This document shows positions 27,507-40,963 of a DNA stretch of 64,000 nucleotides, in pieces (within the stretch, counting starts at the first letter, position 1; every line of letters starts with the position of its first letter). A program made the translations under genes and the position numbers. The notes under the pieces are model-generated. The model was not told the DNA's origin, ran no database searches, and was given only the letters and a program-made list of their open reading frames with translations. The stretch comes from Lama guanicoe (lineage: Eukaryota): assembly GCA_013239625.1 (NCBI GenBank), contig MU053873.1, positions 3,300,524 to 3,364,523 of the forward strand, in the 5' to 3' direction.

Positions 27507-28729
27507 CAAGTATCTTCTCCCAGTTAATAGTGACATTCAAAGAGCAGACGTTCTTAATCTCAATAATGGGCAATTCATCAATTTCTTCTCTTACGGACAC
27601 TGTTTTGGTGTCCTATCTATGAAGTCTTCACCCAATCCAAAGTTATAGAAATTTTTCTCCTGTTTTCTTCTAGAAGCTTTATGATTTTTAGTTTCACATT
27701 TATGTCTAGATCCACTTTTTTGTTAATTTTGTATATGGTGTGAGTTCATGGATTGAAATTCTTTTTTTTTTCTCCTTTGGATACCTAATTATTCTAGCAC
27801 TGTTTGTTTCCTAGACATGTATATTTGGGAAGAGGTTTTGGAGCAGAAATGATCCACCCTCCTCTATCTAGTGAGCTACTCATCCTTCAAAAGCCAGGTC
27901 AAATGTCCCTTTGGCTAGGAAGCCTTCCCCAGCCGAGGCCAGGTAGCTCTTTCAACTGTCCTCTGGTGCCATCTCTGGCATATTCTTATCTCACATGATT
28001 GCATTAATTCCCAAGTCTTTTCCTGATAGAGTGAAAATTCAGATGTGGTCCTTAATTCCAGCACTTAGCACAGACCTGGCACAGGTGGTGATGGTAGGAG
28101 TGGAGGTGGGGGAGTGACTTAGAAAACAATTGTTAAAATACAAAAAAAAAAAGAATAAACAAGTGAACAATCCTCTTTTTCTCTTTTTTAAACAACTGAG
28201 TGGCACCTCTCCAGGCCCTACTCACAGGCCGTATCTTCCAGGAAGCCACCTGGCTGCACCTACTTACATTAATCATCAATAATACTTACTAAAAGTATCT
28301 CACTGATTTGACTTAATCCAAGCCCAGCATCTAAGTACTTTCTGCACATCATTTCGTTTCATTCTCACAAATCCCTGGGGCAGATACAACTACTATGATT
28401 ATTTTACCGAAGAGGATACACATGCTCAGAGACGTTGGGTTCCATGCCTGATGTCACATATCCAGTGTCAGAGCTCTGGTTTGAACCCAGAGAGCCTGTC
28501 ACAGAGGCCTCGCTCTCATCTCTACACATACCACCTCCTGGTTCCCTCTATTTGTACAACTCTCATGTCCCTGACAAGCCCAGGTCCCCGATATTACCAG
28601 TCTTTGCCAACGATGCACCCTGGAGACAAAAGAGCTAAGTCACACAGAAGACCCCTTCCTCACCCTCTGATCCTCGCCATGGGGACACAGACACCCATGG
28701 GGACACACCCAGAAGGACCTCCTCCTTAC

Positions 28730-28793
28730 CTTAGGCCACACACCCATGCCGAAGGAGCTGCTGTCTGCCATCTGGTGCAGGTACAGATCTGTC
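28730..28793 (-). CDS. MYO18B: MYO18B coding exon 10 (RTDLYLHQMADSSSFGMGVWPK)
   Basis: 64 nt, ttccag acceptor, AAG|gtaagg donor. Phase 2/0 fits both neighbours. Confidence 0.93.
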
Positions 28794-31700
28794 CTGGAAG
28801 CAGAGAAGGGACGAGAAGTTATTAGGGAGGGCCCACATACACCAGTGGCTGTCACACAATGCTTCAAGCAGCCCCAGTGGCTACCCCAGGCCCTGGCCAA
28901 TATTCCTCACTCATTGCCCTCACTCATCCTTTCCTAAGTGCCAGGAAACCCTGCAAGTCATGGACTATAGCCACAAAGGCAGGTTCTAACTCCAGGTCCT
29001 CTAAGGACCAGCTGTGTGAACTTGGGACTGTCAACTTGAACAAGCCCCTTCTGTATGCCAAGATCTAAGATTACTCATGACAGCCCTACCCAATAGGTGT
29101 AAGTATTAGGCCCATTTTACAAATGACAAAATAAAGGTACAGGGTTAGCATCTTGCCCACACACTTAGCAAACACAGAGCTGGGAGTCAGGCTGAGTTCT
29201 TCTGGCACCCAGAGTCCAGAATCCCATGCTGTCCTGCCACCTGCCCCTTCTTCTCCTGGCCTCTGTCTTCACGCCATTAAGTGGCATGATGTTTAAGGTC
29301 CCTTAAACCAAAAGACCCTTAAAAGAGGTGCCTGCAGGTAGGTAGCCTTACCCTGGAGGCCTCAAAAAAGCAAGCAAAAGGGGAGGTGGAGGCAAGTCCT
29401 CCTCCAGGCACCCTCTACTCACAAGAGCCCAGCCTATGACCCCCACACCCACCATGGGGCTCACATTGGTTCATAGGAAGTAGTGCTCTCTCACCAGTTT
29501 CCAGTCAGTTTCTCCAGTTCTGGGGCCTTTAGTGCCATCTCCCCAGGTTCTTTGTCTCACAACCTGCAAGGTCCCTTGTCAGAGAGACTGTGAATCCAAT
29601 CCCAACTCTGCCAGCTAGCAGATAAGGTGATTCTCTTCTCTGGATGTCCCTCTAACGCATCTATAAGTGGGCATCCTCCCCCTTGCCTCACGGGATTAAC
29701 GGAGATCTTACATATAAACTCCTACTGCCGGCTTGGCATAGGGTAGGTGTTCTATATTTGTTTTCCTTGCACTTGACCTGGTCTCAACTCCATTAGCTGG
29801 AAATTCAACTTGACAAATAATCAAGGAGCATCTACCCAGTGCCAAGTCTTGTGTTAAGTCCTGGGAAGAAGGAAAGGAATAAGGCAGGGCCCTTGATTCA
29901 AAGATCTCACAGTCTAGTGAGGAAGAAAGACCCAGTATGGCAGGTGCTGAACCAAAGCACATACCAGGCACCAAAATGGTATCAAGGAGAAACAGAGAGC
30001 AGGGATCAGGCAGCACTCCTGTAAAGAAGGGTTTTGGAGCAGGGTTTTGAAGGATGAATAAGAGTTTGCCACATGAATGCATAGGAGAAAGGAAGGACAT
30101 TTGTGGAAGTGGGAATCAGTTTTCTCCTTTGGAAGCTTCACCATGGATTAGACAACAGCCTGGCAGAAGCAGAGGCAGAGAAAGGGAGATGGCCTGGGAG
30201 GTCACCAGGGAGCCCCCAGAGACACCATAACACCCCATGAGGTCTGGGTTGTTCTAAGAACTTTTTTCCACTCTCCCAGGTCCCTGCAACTCATCTGGGG
30301 CAACCCCATGCCATGGTCAGTTTTGTCATAGCTCCTAAGGACATCACAATCACCTGGGTCAGGCCCACTGACACGGAGCCCTCCCCATACAGATCTGATC
30401 CTGGCATGAGGCCTGGCATCCTCTGCTGGTAGCAGTCCAGGAGGAGCTTTCAACTCCCCTCTCTCCACCAGGCGATGGCTCTAGGCCCAGAACAGACTCC
30501 CACCCAGGGGTATAGAACTGATCACCTACACATGGGCTCACAAGGGAGAGGGGCATGGCCTCCAGTCTTCTGAGAGATGAGGAAACGGGTGAATCCCCTC
30601 ACTGGAGGCCCGAAGCTGGAAAGCAGGATTCAAACTTCTACATGCAGAGTCTACACTCTCCCATGTTACCCCTCAACTATGCACCACACACCACGTCTAC
30701 CACCTCGACATGTAACTTGGTTTAAATGCCCACAGGGCTGGCACAAGTAGGTACCCATTCTAAGGAAGGGAAAACTGAGGTTCAGAGATGACCACATCAG
30801 GCAAAGCCTGTATCTAAACAGATATCCCTCTGACTCCAAAACCAATCCTTTCTAGCACACACCAGATCAGGACGTGATGGGCTTGCGGGGCAGGTCTAAA
30901 CCTCCAGAAGAACAACAACAAACGTGCAAAGCATTTGCTATGCTCTGGCCCCATTCTAAGCACTGTACACTCCTCACTCGGTAACCATCACAACACTCTG
31001 AGGTAGACACACTCATTTCACAGATGGGAAATTAGGCTCAGAGAGGTGAAGTCACCAGCCTGGGGTCACACAGTCGGCAAGTGAAGAGGCCAGCTGTGAA
31101 TCCCTGCAGTTTGGCCCCAAAGTCAGTGGTCCTAGCCACAATGCTACACCAGTCTACTCCAAGTTCTTCTATATTCCCAAAGGCTTCTCAGAAGCTTCCT
31201 TACTTTCAGTTACCTTGCTCTGAAAACCAGAAGTTTCCTCTAATCTTCCCTCTATCTGAAGGGTACAGTTGTCCTCCCAGCCTTACCCAGGAGGCTCAGG
31301 ACAGGTTGAGACTGTCCTTCAGATGGGGGAGGAAGGCAGACAAATAATGGGGGGTGCAAAGAGACAAACTGCAAATTATCCCTCCTTCACCTGGGAAAAG
31401 GCCTAGTTTTTTCCTTGCCCTGGGGCTTCACTAGAACCTTGCCCGGTCACTCAAGAGATAAGAAAACCAAGGCTCAGACAGGGAGGGAGCCACACAATGC
31501 CCTAGAGTCAGGGAAGGGCAGAGATGACTCCCTGGGCTACCTCCCCCAGGAAGCACTCCAAAATGAATCTCCTGGCTACTCTGCGGGCTGTTTCACCCTG
31601 AGCTCCATTGCCAAGGTAACCCACTCAAGCAAACCCTCCTGAGCACCCAAGGCTCTCACAGAGTTCAGGAACTTCTGGAAGATGTGGGGTCTTCTGTTCC

Positions 31701-32032
31701 CATGCTGCTGTCAGAAACTGTTAACGAAATGCCACCATCACAGCAGACAGCCTCCATCACCCCCCAGCACATAAAAAGAGCTTTACATGAATCAGTTCAC
31801 TAACTCCTATAAGGTCAGTCAACATTTCCACTTTACAGAGGAAGAAATGGAGGTTCAGAGTCGATGACACTGGGCCAGGTTCACCCAGTGCATGAGCAGG
31901 ACCAGCAGCAGGAATCAGACAGGTAATCACTGGGTTCCAGTGCCTCTCAGCAGAGTGAAGGCTGGGCCCCTGAAGAGCAGGTGCCCTGGGTCTCAGCGCC
32001 CTCTGCTGTCCCTGCCTGGCCCAGTCACTCAC

Positions 32033-32133
32033 CTGAGATCCAGGTCCAGTCCAGCTAGCATCTGGGAGAAAACCTCAAAACTGCCTTCCCCTTCCAGCTG
32101 ACGCGCCACACGGCTCTTCTCCAAAAGCATGGT
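32033..32133 (-). CDS. MYO18B: MYO18B coding exon 9 (TMLLEKSRVARQLEGEGSFEVFSQMLAGLDLDL)
   Basis: 101 nt, cctgcag acceptor, AG|gtgagt donor. Carries the myosin LLEKSRV motif. Confidence 0.97.
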
Positions 32134-32921
32134 CTGCAGGGGGAAAGGACAGGCACCTGGTCAGTACGAGGCCCTGGCCCACCCTGACCCACATCTCAGG
32201 TCCCAACTTGGCAAGACGCCTCTGTATTCGTACTTACCAGCCCTTTGCCTCACTGATTCAGAGTCCATCTAGGGAGTCAACCAATGCAACAGGCTTACTC
32301 CGATTAAGGAATCCAAAGGTAGTAACAGTTAAATAGAGCCACCTTCCAACATATTCTTATTTAACAGGAGCCTTTAATAATTTGACCCAAATGGTGATGG
32401 ATGGTAGAATTTTAGGGCCAGGCCAGAAAAGGGATTTATTTGGCACCAGTGAGTCTGGATATGATCCCAGTTCCACGTACAAACAGCCCTTCTAATAACC
32501 TAATCCTATTTTCTGTTCAAACAGAATGTTTGCGGGGGGGGGGAAGGGAGGGGCCGGGTGATTTTGGAGATAGGAACAAACAGACCATGTGTTCGTCACA
32601 CACAGGCTGTCTCGGAAGGCCGGTAAACGTCTGTTTAATTTCAGCTGACGCTCTTAAGACCTAGCTAACGAGCAGCAGAATTATATATTTACTCATGAAT
32701 ATTTCATCCCTGCGATATTTCAAGGCACAGACAGGCTGGCTTGCTCCAGGAGGGGGTGTCCGGGGCCCTGAGTGAGGTGGGGAGATGCTGGCCACAGCTT
32801 GGGGAGTGATGACCATTTAGACATATTCCAGGGTCCCAGTTGGAGGCATGGGCTCTGCTGAGTGGCACTGGGGCCACTGCAGCCCCCAAAACCCCCTCTC
32901 CCATCCACCCAGAAGCCTCAC

Positions 32922-33064
32922 CTGGAGCTGAGCAGCTGTGACTCGGCCTATGGCATTGAAGTCCAGCGACATCACCATGGCGAAGCGGGTGGCACTGCGG
33001 CTGTGACTGGTGGACACAGAGCCAAAGGCCCGAAGGATGGTGAAAGTGGCTCGAATCTTCTCCA
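32922..33064 (-). CDS. MYO18B: MYO18B coding exon 8, switch I region (VEKIRATFTILRAFGSVSTSHSRSATRFAMVMSLDFNAIGRVTAAQLQ)
   Basis: 143 nt, cccacag acceptor, CAG|gtgagg donor, phase 1/0. Confidence 0.97.
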
Positions 33065-34936
33065 CTGTGGGAGCATGGGGCAGAGTGTCACTATGGCCCA
33101 GGCCCTGCCGCCCCACCTCTCACAAGACCCCATTCTGGCCCAAGCAGGCACCCCGCCAGTTTCCCAACTCATCTCTAACCTGCACCTATTTCACCGCTGG
33201 CCTGGCCCTGTGCTAAGAGCATGGGTATGGGGGAGCAAGACTGAGTCAAGAAAGGGAGATACACAGACCCGGGGTTCATGCGATCTGGGAGACAGGGGCT
33301 GCCCTAGGGCCTCCCCGGCCTGGTGGAGTCTAGGAGGAGGGCAGGGCATTAACATTCTCAGACCTGCTCTCAGGGAACTCACCAGCACAGCAGGCTTGAA
33401 AGCCCTGCAGTCTCCCCACAACTGTTTATCAAGCAACTGCTCTGGGCACCTGAATACAGCCTAGCCTGACTCCCACTCTCCAACACACACTCTCAGCAGA
33501 ACTACATTCTGGAAGGGCCAAGACTGGTGCCTCTCCCCGCTGTACCCCAGCTCCTAACTGGGGCCAGGTGCAAAGCAGGTGATCAACAAAACACTGGAAT
33601 AACCCCAGTGGAGAAGCAGGAAAGTACAACGGTTAAGCAAATCTGAATACGGGCTCTCCCCTTTGCTAGTTACCTGATCTGGAGCAAAGTCATTAAGCTC
33701 CCTGTGCCTCAGATACTCCAACTGTAAGAGGGGGTAGTAACAGAACTTACCTACCTCATGTGGTTGTCATGAAGACCAAAACATTTAATAACGTAAAGTG
33801 CTGAGGACGTGCTCCAAATGTTAGTGTTATGTTTGCTATTAGAAAAGCAACGTTGCCTAGACCATGTGCTCTCAACACGGAGAATACTGCCCTCAAGGAT
33901 TTTTGAGGGTGGGGGGAGTTTTACTTACGTATGGAGCACAGACATATATCCACACTGTGTAAACAAGTATGTGGTGTGTCTGCAGCATTAAATTTTCATG
34001 GTGGGAGATAATTAGGAAAAATAACATCTTAAAAGCTCTTAAGAGGGGCAACAAGACACCGAGAACACTTGTTCCGGGTGACAGACCTGGAGCCTGCCTG
34101 AGTTTGAATCTCAGCACTAGGATGTATCAGCTGTGTGGCCTTGAGCAATTTGGTTAAACTCTCTGCACCTTAACATCCACCTATAAAATTCAAATAATAA
34201 TAATATCTACCTCGCAGGGCCGCTTTAAATTTAAAATAAGTTAACCTGCCCGGAATAGAGCCTGGAGCAAAGTGCTCAGCATGGGTTGACTATGATCACT
34301 GTCAATGCTGTAACTGGTGTTATTAACTGACGCTCTTTAAGACCCAGCTCAAACATCACTTCCTCCAGGAAGCCCCCAACCCTTCTCCTCTGCGCTCCCT
34401 CTGCCTCTCCCCGAACCGGCTCCACCAGCACATGGTGCAGAACGTTGGAGTCTGGCACATGTGTGCAGCTGAGTCTCCCTTCTAGCTGCCGGCAACTCAT
34501 GAGCACAGGCCCTGCCCTCATCTTTACTTGTCAGGGCCTCTGCACAGTCCAGCAGTCTGTGCACTGCGCTAGGATGCCACATCCAAAGGAGTGCAGCATC
34601 TACATCACAGTCACAGGTTGCACACTTAGTAGGATGATGGCCCAGAAAGTGGCAGTCAAGTGTTTGGTTCTAACAGTGTTAATGTGTGATGACTGCTGCA
34701 CAGATGGCAGTGAACACCTTGAGGAAGAAGTTACCTGTTTGTAACTTACATAACAGTGTCCAACAGACTAGGGGTGGCCCCGCCCAAAAGCAAGCACAGG
34801 GTCTGCACACCGGTGCTCAGTGAATGCTAGGTGAATGGACATGAGAAGCCGCCCAGCACGCCCTCCAACTCTCGTTTCCCTACCCTCCTACCCACCGCCC
34901 CTGTCCCAGCTGCACGTTACCTGGAGACCACTGTAC

Positions 34937-35135
34937 CTGAGACCCTGCCGTCCACACTGCCCGCCGTCCCCACCAGGTGCTCCAGGACCTGCTCACAGCA
35001 GGTGGTCTTCCCAGCTCCGCTGCGGCCCAGGGCCACGATGCTCTGGTCTCTCCTCTGGCTCAGCATAGCCCAGTACGCCCGCTGGGCCAGGGAGTTGAGG
35101 TGGGCAGGCAAGCCATCCCGGCGGCCCCTGGGCAC
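34937..35135 (-). CDS. MYO18B: MYO18B coding exon 7 with P-loop (VPRGRRDGLPAH...DQSIVALGRSGAGKTTCCEQVLEHLVG...RVS)
   Basis: 199 nt, ttcctgcag acceptor, CAG|gtacag donor, phase 0/1. P-loop reads GRSGAGKT. Confidence 0.96.
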
Positions 35136-35699
35136 CTGCAGGAAGACTGCAGGCATCAGTCTTCCCACCAAGCGGGTGCCCAGGGAGCACTCCAAGACTG
35201 TACTCCACCCCAGCCTCAAGCCCCAATTCGCATTCCTGCCTCCCATCCTATTCCAGCCTTGTCAGAGAAGTTTTGCATTTTGCTGGGGAGAGCCCAGCCC
35301 AGAGATGTAGTCCTGCCACTGGCTCGCTGTGAGTCCTTTAAGCCTATGACCCTACTCTGAGCCTAGACTGCCTCTACAGATAATGAGAGGCTTGAACTAG
35401 AGCTGTGTTAAGCTCACTTGCTACACAAATCATGGGATCCTACCTGCCTGAAATGTGGCAGCTGGATAAAATGGCACAATTAATTAGTGATGTCTGCCAC
35501 AGAAACAGAACAGGTAGGGGTGGGGTCAGTGGTACACGTGCTATGTATTTGCCATAATGGACTGAGACGACACTTGTAGCCACTTTCACCTCATTCATTC
35601 ATCCACTCATTCTTCATTCAATACAAAAATATTCACTGAGCGTCCACTAAGTAGCAGGCACTGTCTGAGGCACGGGGTACACAATGCTACTCAAAATAA

Positions 35700-36548
35700 A
35701 GGAAATTCCTACCAACCACGAGGAGATACCAGTACATACCTATTAAAATGGCTAGGAAAAAAATGTTTTTAAGGTTTTTTTTTTTTTGACACTACAAAAT
35801 TCTGGTGAAGACACAGAGCAACTGGAATTCTCACACAAGCCGTGGGGTTGCTCAACGGCACAGCAACTCTGGAAAACAGTTCAGTTCTTTCCTTACACTG
35901 AGATGTGCTCTTGTCATATGACCGAGCAATCCCCGTCTTAGGAATTCACCTAAGAGAATGAACATTTGTGTCTCCAAAAAAATCCTGTGTCATTGGTTAT
36001 ACTGAATATATACTCAAGGTCACCAAAAACAAGAAACCACCCAAATGTCCTTCAACTAAAGAACTATGATAACCAACCATCCTGTTTTCAGCATTGAAAG
36101 TCCCATGTCCCAGAAAACCACTCCATCCAGGGAAACCAGGACAACTGGTCCCACTATGAGTAGATAAGCAAAGCCGTGCAATAAAATAGGACAGAATAAA
36201 AGACCGAACGACTGGTAGCTGCAACAATGTGGGTCTCATATGCACTGTGTAAGTGCAAGAAGCTCATTCAAAAGGTTACACACTGCACCATTCCATGTGA
36301 CTTTTCAGAAAAGGCAGAACTAGGGAAGAGGGACACAAGAACAGATCAGTAGCTGCCAAGGGCAGGATGGGGGTAAGGGATGACCAAAGGGTCTGGAGAA
36401 CTTCTGGGGGTGACAGAACTGTCCTGTAATTGATGATGGAGACAGTCACACAACTGTATGTGTTTCTCAAAATCTTACAGAACTGAACACTAAATAAGGT
36501 GACCTTTTAACTGTATGTAAATTATACTTAATAAATCTGACTTTAAAA
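35700..36548 (+). mobile_element. Old L1 3' fragment with a nested MER81-like MITE (~36068-36155)
   Basis: agagcaactggaattctcac...caaatgtccttcaac...ctgtatgtaaattatacttaataaa. The internal gaaagtcccatgtcccagaaaacc is MER81-like. Confidence 0.7.
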
Positions 36549-39387
36549 AACCCTCCCTAAGGAGCTTGCTTTCATTTGGGAGAAGACAGATGAGAAACAA
36601 AACAACAAAATTATACGAATGGGAGTCACTGTAAAGCCACGAGCCTGGCTGACATTGCCAAGGAAGTGGGCATTTAAAAAGGAAGACAGAAGAGGCGTGG
36701 GGACAGGGTACCCCGACCTGGAGAGACCAGGGACCAGCAAAAGGAGGCTAAGAGGGAGGGCTGGCAGGATAGAAGGAAAACCAGGAAAAGCGGAGTCCTG
36801 GAGCTAAGGAAGGAAGTGATGGCAGGAGGAGGGAGGGACCAATCCCTCAAATACCACTGAGGGTCAAGTCAGAGGAGACCAGAGAACTGACCACTGAGCT
36901 TGGCAGAGTAGAGATCATTGGTGATCTTGACAAAAATCTGTTTAGCGTGGCTTTCAGGGAGAATGGAAGAGGGCAGTACCAAAAGTGGGGTCAGTGGAAA
37001 GGCACCAAAGGAAGCCGGGGAACAGGCCCAGCAGGGGGACATTGGAAGCTCAGGATGCTAAGTGGGTGGCCAGTGGGCCAGCAAGGCCCCATTTGCCCTC
37101 CCCAGTGGCTCGGCAGGACCAGGAGCACAAATTCCAATGTAGCAGCCCTTTTCCTGGCCTGGACCTCCAGCCTGAGGTTGAGGGGTGCCCCCAATGCACT
37201 GTTGGCCTTTCCTGCCCCAAGACCCCCAGAACAGGAATGAATCCCCATCCTGATGCAAAACACAAGGCTCAGCAGGATCCCAAAGCTGGCAAAGCAGGGC
37301 AAGCCCCCACCCTGGCTGGACAGAGCCCTGGGGCACGTGGCAGACAGAGGGTCCTTGTCTGAGCCCAGGAGCTTCCTCCTACTTTAGAAACAAAGTTCAA
37401 GGGACAGGCTATCCCAATCCTTGGCTTCCTCAGGCCTAGTGAGGGAGAGAGTATTCTGCAGACACACAGGTGCGTCTGTGCACACGTCCCCTTGTACCTG
37501 CGCACTGGTACCCTCGCATGCTTGCACACAGGCGTGCTAAAGGGCACACATACCCAGAAGCTGCAGAGGCCTCTGCACGCACAGTTGTGCCCATCTACAC
37601 CCGCAGTCACACCTACGCTCACGCCCACAGAGGCCTGCACCTTCACCCCAGCCGGCACACACTTAGCTCCCAGACACCAGGTGGGCCCAGGCCCCCAGTG
37701 AGAGGACCCCAGCCCTGCCGGGACCCCATCAGCCCATCTTCCAGGTGGCCCCAGTCCCAGCCTCGCCGCAAGTCTCTGCTCCCACCTGGTGGCCATTTGA
37801 GGAAACAGACGAGACTTACCCAAAGAACAGAAGGTAGCTGTGGGTTTGGGTGTGGAAGGCTGAGTGACTTGAGGGGTCCCCACCTCCACCCCAGGGTTAC
37901 AGGGGCTCAGAGGGATCATAGGACTCAAGTGTTTCCTATCAGAATCCCAATGCCTGCCTTGTAGGCTCTCTGGCCCAGGCTGTGTAACAGATGCTGCAAT
38001 ACCAGACAGCCTGGAGAACAGGGCCCAGCAAGGGACGGGAGAGTACACATGTCACCCTCCAAGGCCCCTGGCCAGGAGCTGGAGAGAGGCCTGGAGGGCA
38101 ATGTAAGGGGGGGCATCCTGGAGAAGAGAGGCCTTAGACAGGGGCTGCAGGGCTACTGTCCCCCTCTTTCATGGATTTAGCATCACTCAGGGGCTAGGAA
38201 TGGCTTTGTCTCATGAGACTCCGAAGGACAAGATGTGACGTTTCATCCCCAACTGACAGATGAGAACACTGAGGCCAGACAGGGGTTGTGATCTTCCCAA
38301 GGCACCTGTGGTGTGTTAGCAGGTGTTCTACAGATCTGAACTCCACCCCCAAGTCTCAGAACTGCACACAGATAAGACTTTTGACCTCCAAAGGGTCTCC
38401 CTGCCTCCACATCTGCCGGCCTCTATCTCACCTGCACCCAGCAGCCAAGGGGATCTTCCGCAGCATAAGTCAGACCGTGTCACTGATCTGCTAAAAAGCC
38501 CCATCACGCTCAAAGAGCTGAGTCAGTATGACGCCGTGTAAGACCCAGCATGACCCCTGGCCCCGCTTCTCCCGACCTCCTCACTCTCCCCACGTTCACC
38601 TGCTCCACGCAGTCATCGCTATTACTTGGGGCCTGTCTTCCCCCACCAGAACGGAAGCTCCATGAAGGCAGCTTCATTTGCCTGTCTTCTTCCCTGCTTT
38701 TCTCTCCGTGCTTGGCATACAAGCACCCCACTCAAGATCCCCTGAACGCGTGGACAGGACGGGGCTCCAGTTACTCGGTTGTAGCTGCAGGCCTTTCCAC
38801 AAGGTGGCGCTGAGCGATTCCCTTGGCTTTGCGGTCTTGACAAAAACAGCCATTTCTACACACCACAGGAAAAAAATAAAGTGGAGCTGAAGCTTGTTTC
38901 CCAATTCACGTGGGTGTCTGGGACTCCCAAGAGTCCAGGGTTGGGCTCAGAGTACACAGCAGCCAGCGGCGCGGGATCTACCCAGTTCCTTCACTTACTG
39001 AACGTGAGCTCGGCAGCCCAGCCCGCTTCTCACCTGTCCTGGCAGGCGGGCCTGGGAATTACTTGAAACGACACACGAAGGTGCCTGAAGCAGTGCCTGG
39101 TACATAGTTGACACCCGTTCGGTATTTTCTCTCTTGTTATTACATCTTTAATGCTCCTGCTGCTGTTTATCAGTTACTCATCTTTCCCCTCTAAGGAGGG
39201 GGATCAAGTGGTCCCCAACGCTCCCCAACACCCACCGTGCACTAGAATCTCAATTCTGCAGCTCTCTACTCACAGACAGGTTTGCTGGGGGCTTTGGTTG
39301 CTCTGCTCTCCCCTGAGATGCAGAGGGACTCCCCCCATCCCACCCTTCCTGCACTGCCCCAGCCCCGCCCACTGTGGTCCCCCTCAC

Positions 39388-39564
39388 CTTGCCTGCAGAA
39401 GGTACCGGGGGCCCCCGTGGCTGGAGGACGATCAGGTCAGGCCCAGCGCAGGTGTGCGGAAGCTGAGCCCGGTAGCGGTGCAGGAGTGTGTTCAGGACAC
39501 TGGATTCATTGACACTGACCAGGGAGGCCAGGTCATCCGCCTGGTCCAGCTCGGGGGGGTTGGC
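39388..39564 (-). CDS. MYO18B: MYO18B coding exon 6, start of motor domain (ANPPELDQADDLASLVSVNESSVLNTLLHRY...SAGK)
   Basis: 177 nt, cacag acceptor, AAG|gtgagg donor. Myosin head NPP..D/DL..L..NESSVL..L..RY motif. Confidence 0.97.
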
Positions 39565-40850
39565 CTGTGAATCATCACACAGCATGTCCTCTGGCCTCCT
39601 GGGCCCCCCTACACACACAGCCCTGGCGACCCTGTCCCCGGAGAGCTGCGTGCCAAAGACTAGAACAGGACACAAGGACTTTGGAGGGAACGACGAAACC
39701 CTACGGATGAAATGGGTGGGAACCTCTCTCCTTTGGTGTTTGCACAACCCAGGCCCCACCCCTTCCTCACACTGGTCCTTCCTCCTGTGGCTCCCTGCAC
39801 TGGAAAGGGGAATGCTCCTAAGACGATGCAGCAAGACTCGAGTGCTTTCTGCCTCTCGAGCACAAAAAGAGGGTGATGCTCCAGAGGGAAGGAGCATCCC
39901 CTACTGGTTCCTCCTCTTCTAGGTCTCATCGGGGAGCTCTGCAAGTGCTCCGTGACACTCAGGGAAGGGGGTCAATGCCCTGACTGCCCCACTTCTCCGA
40001 TAGCCCATCATACACTGATCACTTGGAAATATGCCAAAACCGTTCCGGAAGCAAGGGATGACTACAGCCTTTCCATTTTAATGAACTTCCTACCATTCTT
40101 TCCAGCTTCAAGGAGTTTTCTGGGCCTAATGCCCTGGGGTTTGGGTCAACCCTGAGCTCTTTTATGGGTCAGCTTTTCTTCTGAGGACACTGGCCCTCTG
40201 CAAACTCCCAGCACCAGGGGGAGTGAAGGGCCTGGGGTGGGCAGAGGAGCAAAGAGAGATGAAGATGGAGGAGACCGACAAGGAGTTCCTGGAAGAAACT
40301 CCTTCTCAGTGAGTAGGCTGTGAGGGGTGGAAGACGATCAGGACAGGACCTTTCACTTCTATCATTACACTCCGACTTATCTTCAAATAGCCTTATGGTG
40401 TATTGCAGAAATTACGCAAAACAACTGAAAAAGCAAAACCAAAACAAAGGTTGGTATCCAAAAGGCAGGCAATTGGAACCCATGCTATGGTTAATGGCAA
40501 GCTGCAAATTTGGTTCCGAGTTCCCTGGCAGCCAGAATGAAAAAGGAAGCATGCTCTGTAGCGTCATTTAGAATGTATATAAAAAGGAAAACAATCACTT
40601 TCTTGGGTCAAACAGAAGAACTCCAAGTCCCCAGATCTGACAAACATCTCTTAATATGTCCTCATACAGGGGGCACCATGGGACAGAGTAAAGACCCCTC
40701 AGCAGTATACCTCCAGCGGAGCAGTACCTTCCCTGTAATTCCCTCCGGGGCATCAAGCCCAAGGATTATCTGCAGTCAAGCACAAGGAAATCTCCTGCAG
40801 GGGTGGGGAAGGAAGCCGTGGAGCAGGCGGGGAGGGGGACAGGGTCTCAC

Positions 40851-40963
40851 CCGGTGAAGTTGATCCTCATCCACCTCGGTGATGCTTTTGTCAGCATCAA
40901 TGCAAAGTCGCACCCTTCCTGCCGGCAGGTCGGCTGTTCCCTCATCTGGCTTCAGCACTGTCG
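40851..40963 (-). CDS. MYO18B: MYO18B coding exon 5 (ATVLKPDEGTADLPAGRVRLCIDADKSITEVDEDQLHR)
   Basis: 113 nt, long CT-rich tract and cccag acceptor, CGG|gtgaga donor, phase 1/0. Confidence 0.96.

Larger units (their letters stand above)
25390..29373. repeat. 1867-bp direct duplication (25390-27256 and 27507-29373) separated by an assembly gap
   Basis: Constant offset of 2117 and only six substitutions seen by eye. The inner ends of both copies abut the N run exactly. Confidence 0.97.

Noticed and set aside
27202..27600. ORFs spanning the N run
   Set aside because: They are artefacts of the gap.
37269..38048. 259-aa minus-strand ORF
   Set aside because: It is intronic GC-rich and CA-rich sequence with no homology I recognise. 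The flanking MYO18B exons join in frame without it.
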